From Mobula hypostoma (taxonomy: Eukaryota): a stretch of 64,000 nucleotides of DNA. The position numbers and the translations under genes were made by a program. Positions 63,501-64,000 of the stretch are shown piece by piece. The notes under the pieces were generated by a model, which saw nothing but the letters and a program-made list of their open reading frames with translations, had not been told where the DNA came from and made no database searches. The stretch spans positions 202,618,001-202,682,000 of the forward strand of contig NC_086100.1 in assembly GCF_963921235.1 (NCBI RefSeq), read 5' to 3'. How positions within the stretch are numbered: the stretch's first letter is position 1; every line of letters starts with the position of its first letter.

Positions 63501-64000
63501 GGATTTACTCCATGCACTTCTTTCACTGCTCTATCACTCTGGGTCCCATCCCCCTCGCAAATTAGTTTAAACCCTCCCGAACCATGCTAGCAAACCTACC
63601 TGCAAGGATATTGCTCCCGACTCGAGTTCAGGTGCAACCCATCCAATCTGTACAGGTCCCACCTTCCCCAGAAGAAATCCTAATGATCCAAAAATCTAAA
63701 ACCCTGCTCCCTACACCAACTCCTCAGCCACGCATTCAACTGCCATCTCCTCCAATTCTTACCATCTCTGTCACATAGCTCTGGCAGCAATCCTGAGAAC
63801 GCCACCCTTGAGGTCCTGTTCTTCAGCCTTCTGCCTAGGTCCCGAAACTCACACTTCAGGACCTCATCCCTCTTCCTGCCTATGTCATTGGTCCCAACAT
63901 GTATCACGACTTCTGGTTGCTTTCCCTCTGATACCAGGATGTCGTGCACCCGGTCAGAGACATCCCAGACCCTGGTACCTGGGAGGCAACAAACCATGCG
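60563..64000 (-). mobile_element. CR1 LINE with almost intact ORF2 (a few frameshifts) and the 3' half of an esterase ORF1; runs off the right edge
   Basis: ORFs 62708..63418 (endonuclease), 61485..62735 (RT), 60817..61410 (C-terminus) and 63680..63997 (VIHVGTNDIG). Confidence 0.93.

Overview
Eukaryotic, repeat-saturated vertebrate DNA. The CR1 LINE, V-SINE and Rex1 repertoire suggests a cartilaginous fish, probably a ray (inference). Bases 1-~24,760 are a C/A-rich satellite of 31/33-bp monomers with nested higher-order duplications (0.5-1 kb, ~4 kb, ~10 kb). The 31-bp monomer has the spacing of a 12-bp-spacer recombination signal sequence (CACA[C/G]CC-12 nt-ACA[G/A]AAAC[A/T/C]). Bases ~24,800-31,700 contain old CR1 fragments, a solo LTR, two minisatellites and a little unique sequence with weakly supported candidate exons. 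Bases ~31,700-64,000 are nested retroelements. They include a young Gmr1-like Gypsy LTR element (879-bp near-identical LTRs, GTAC TSD) with an intact SCAN-type Gag and protease but a degraded pol in one 948-codon ORF, inserted in a CR1 that is itself inside another CR1. They also include a 5'-truncated CR1 with an uninterrupted 978-codon ORF2 and several fragmented CR1s with esterase-type ORF1. No host protein-coding gene could be confidently identified. Boundaries of degenerate elements are approximate.
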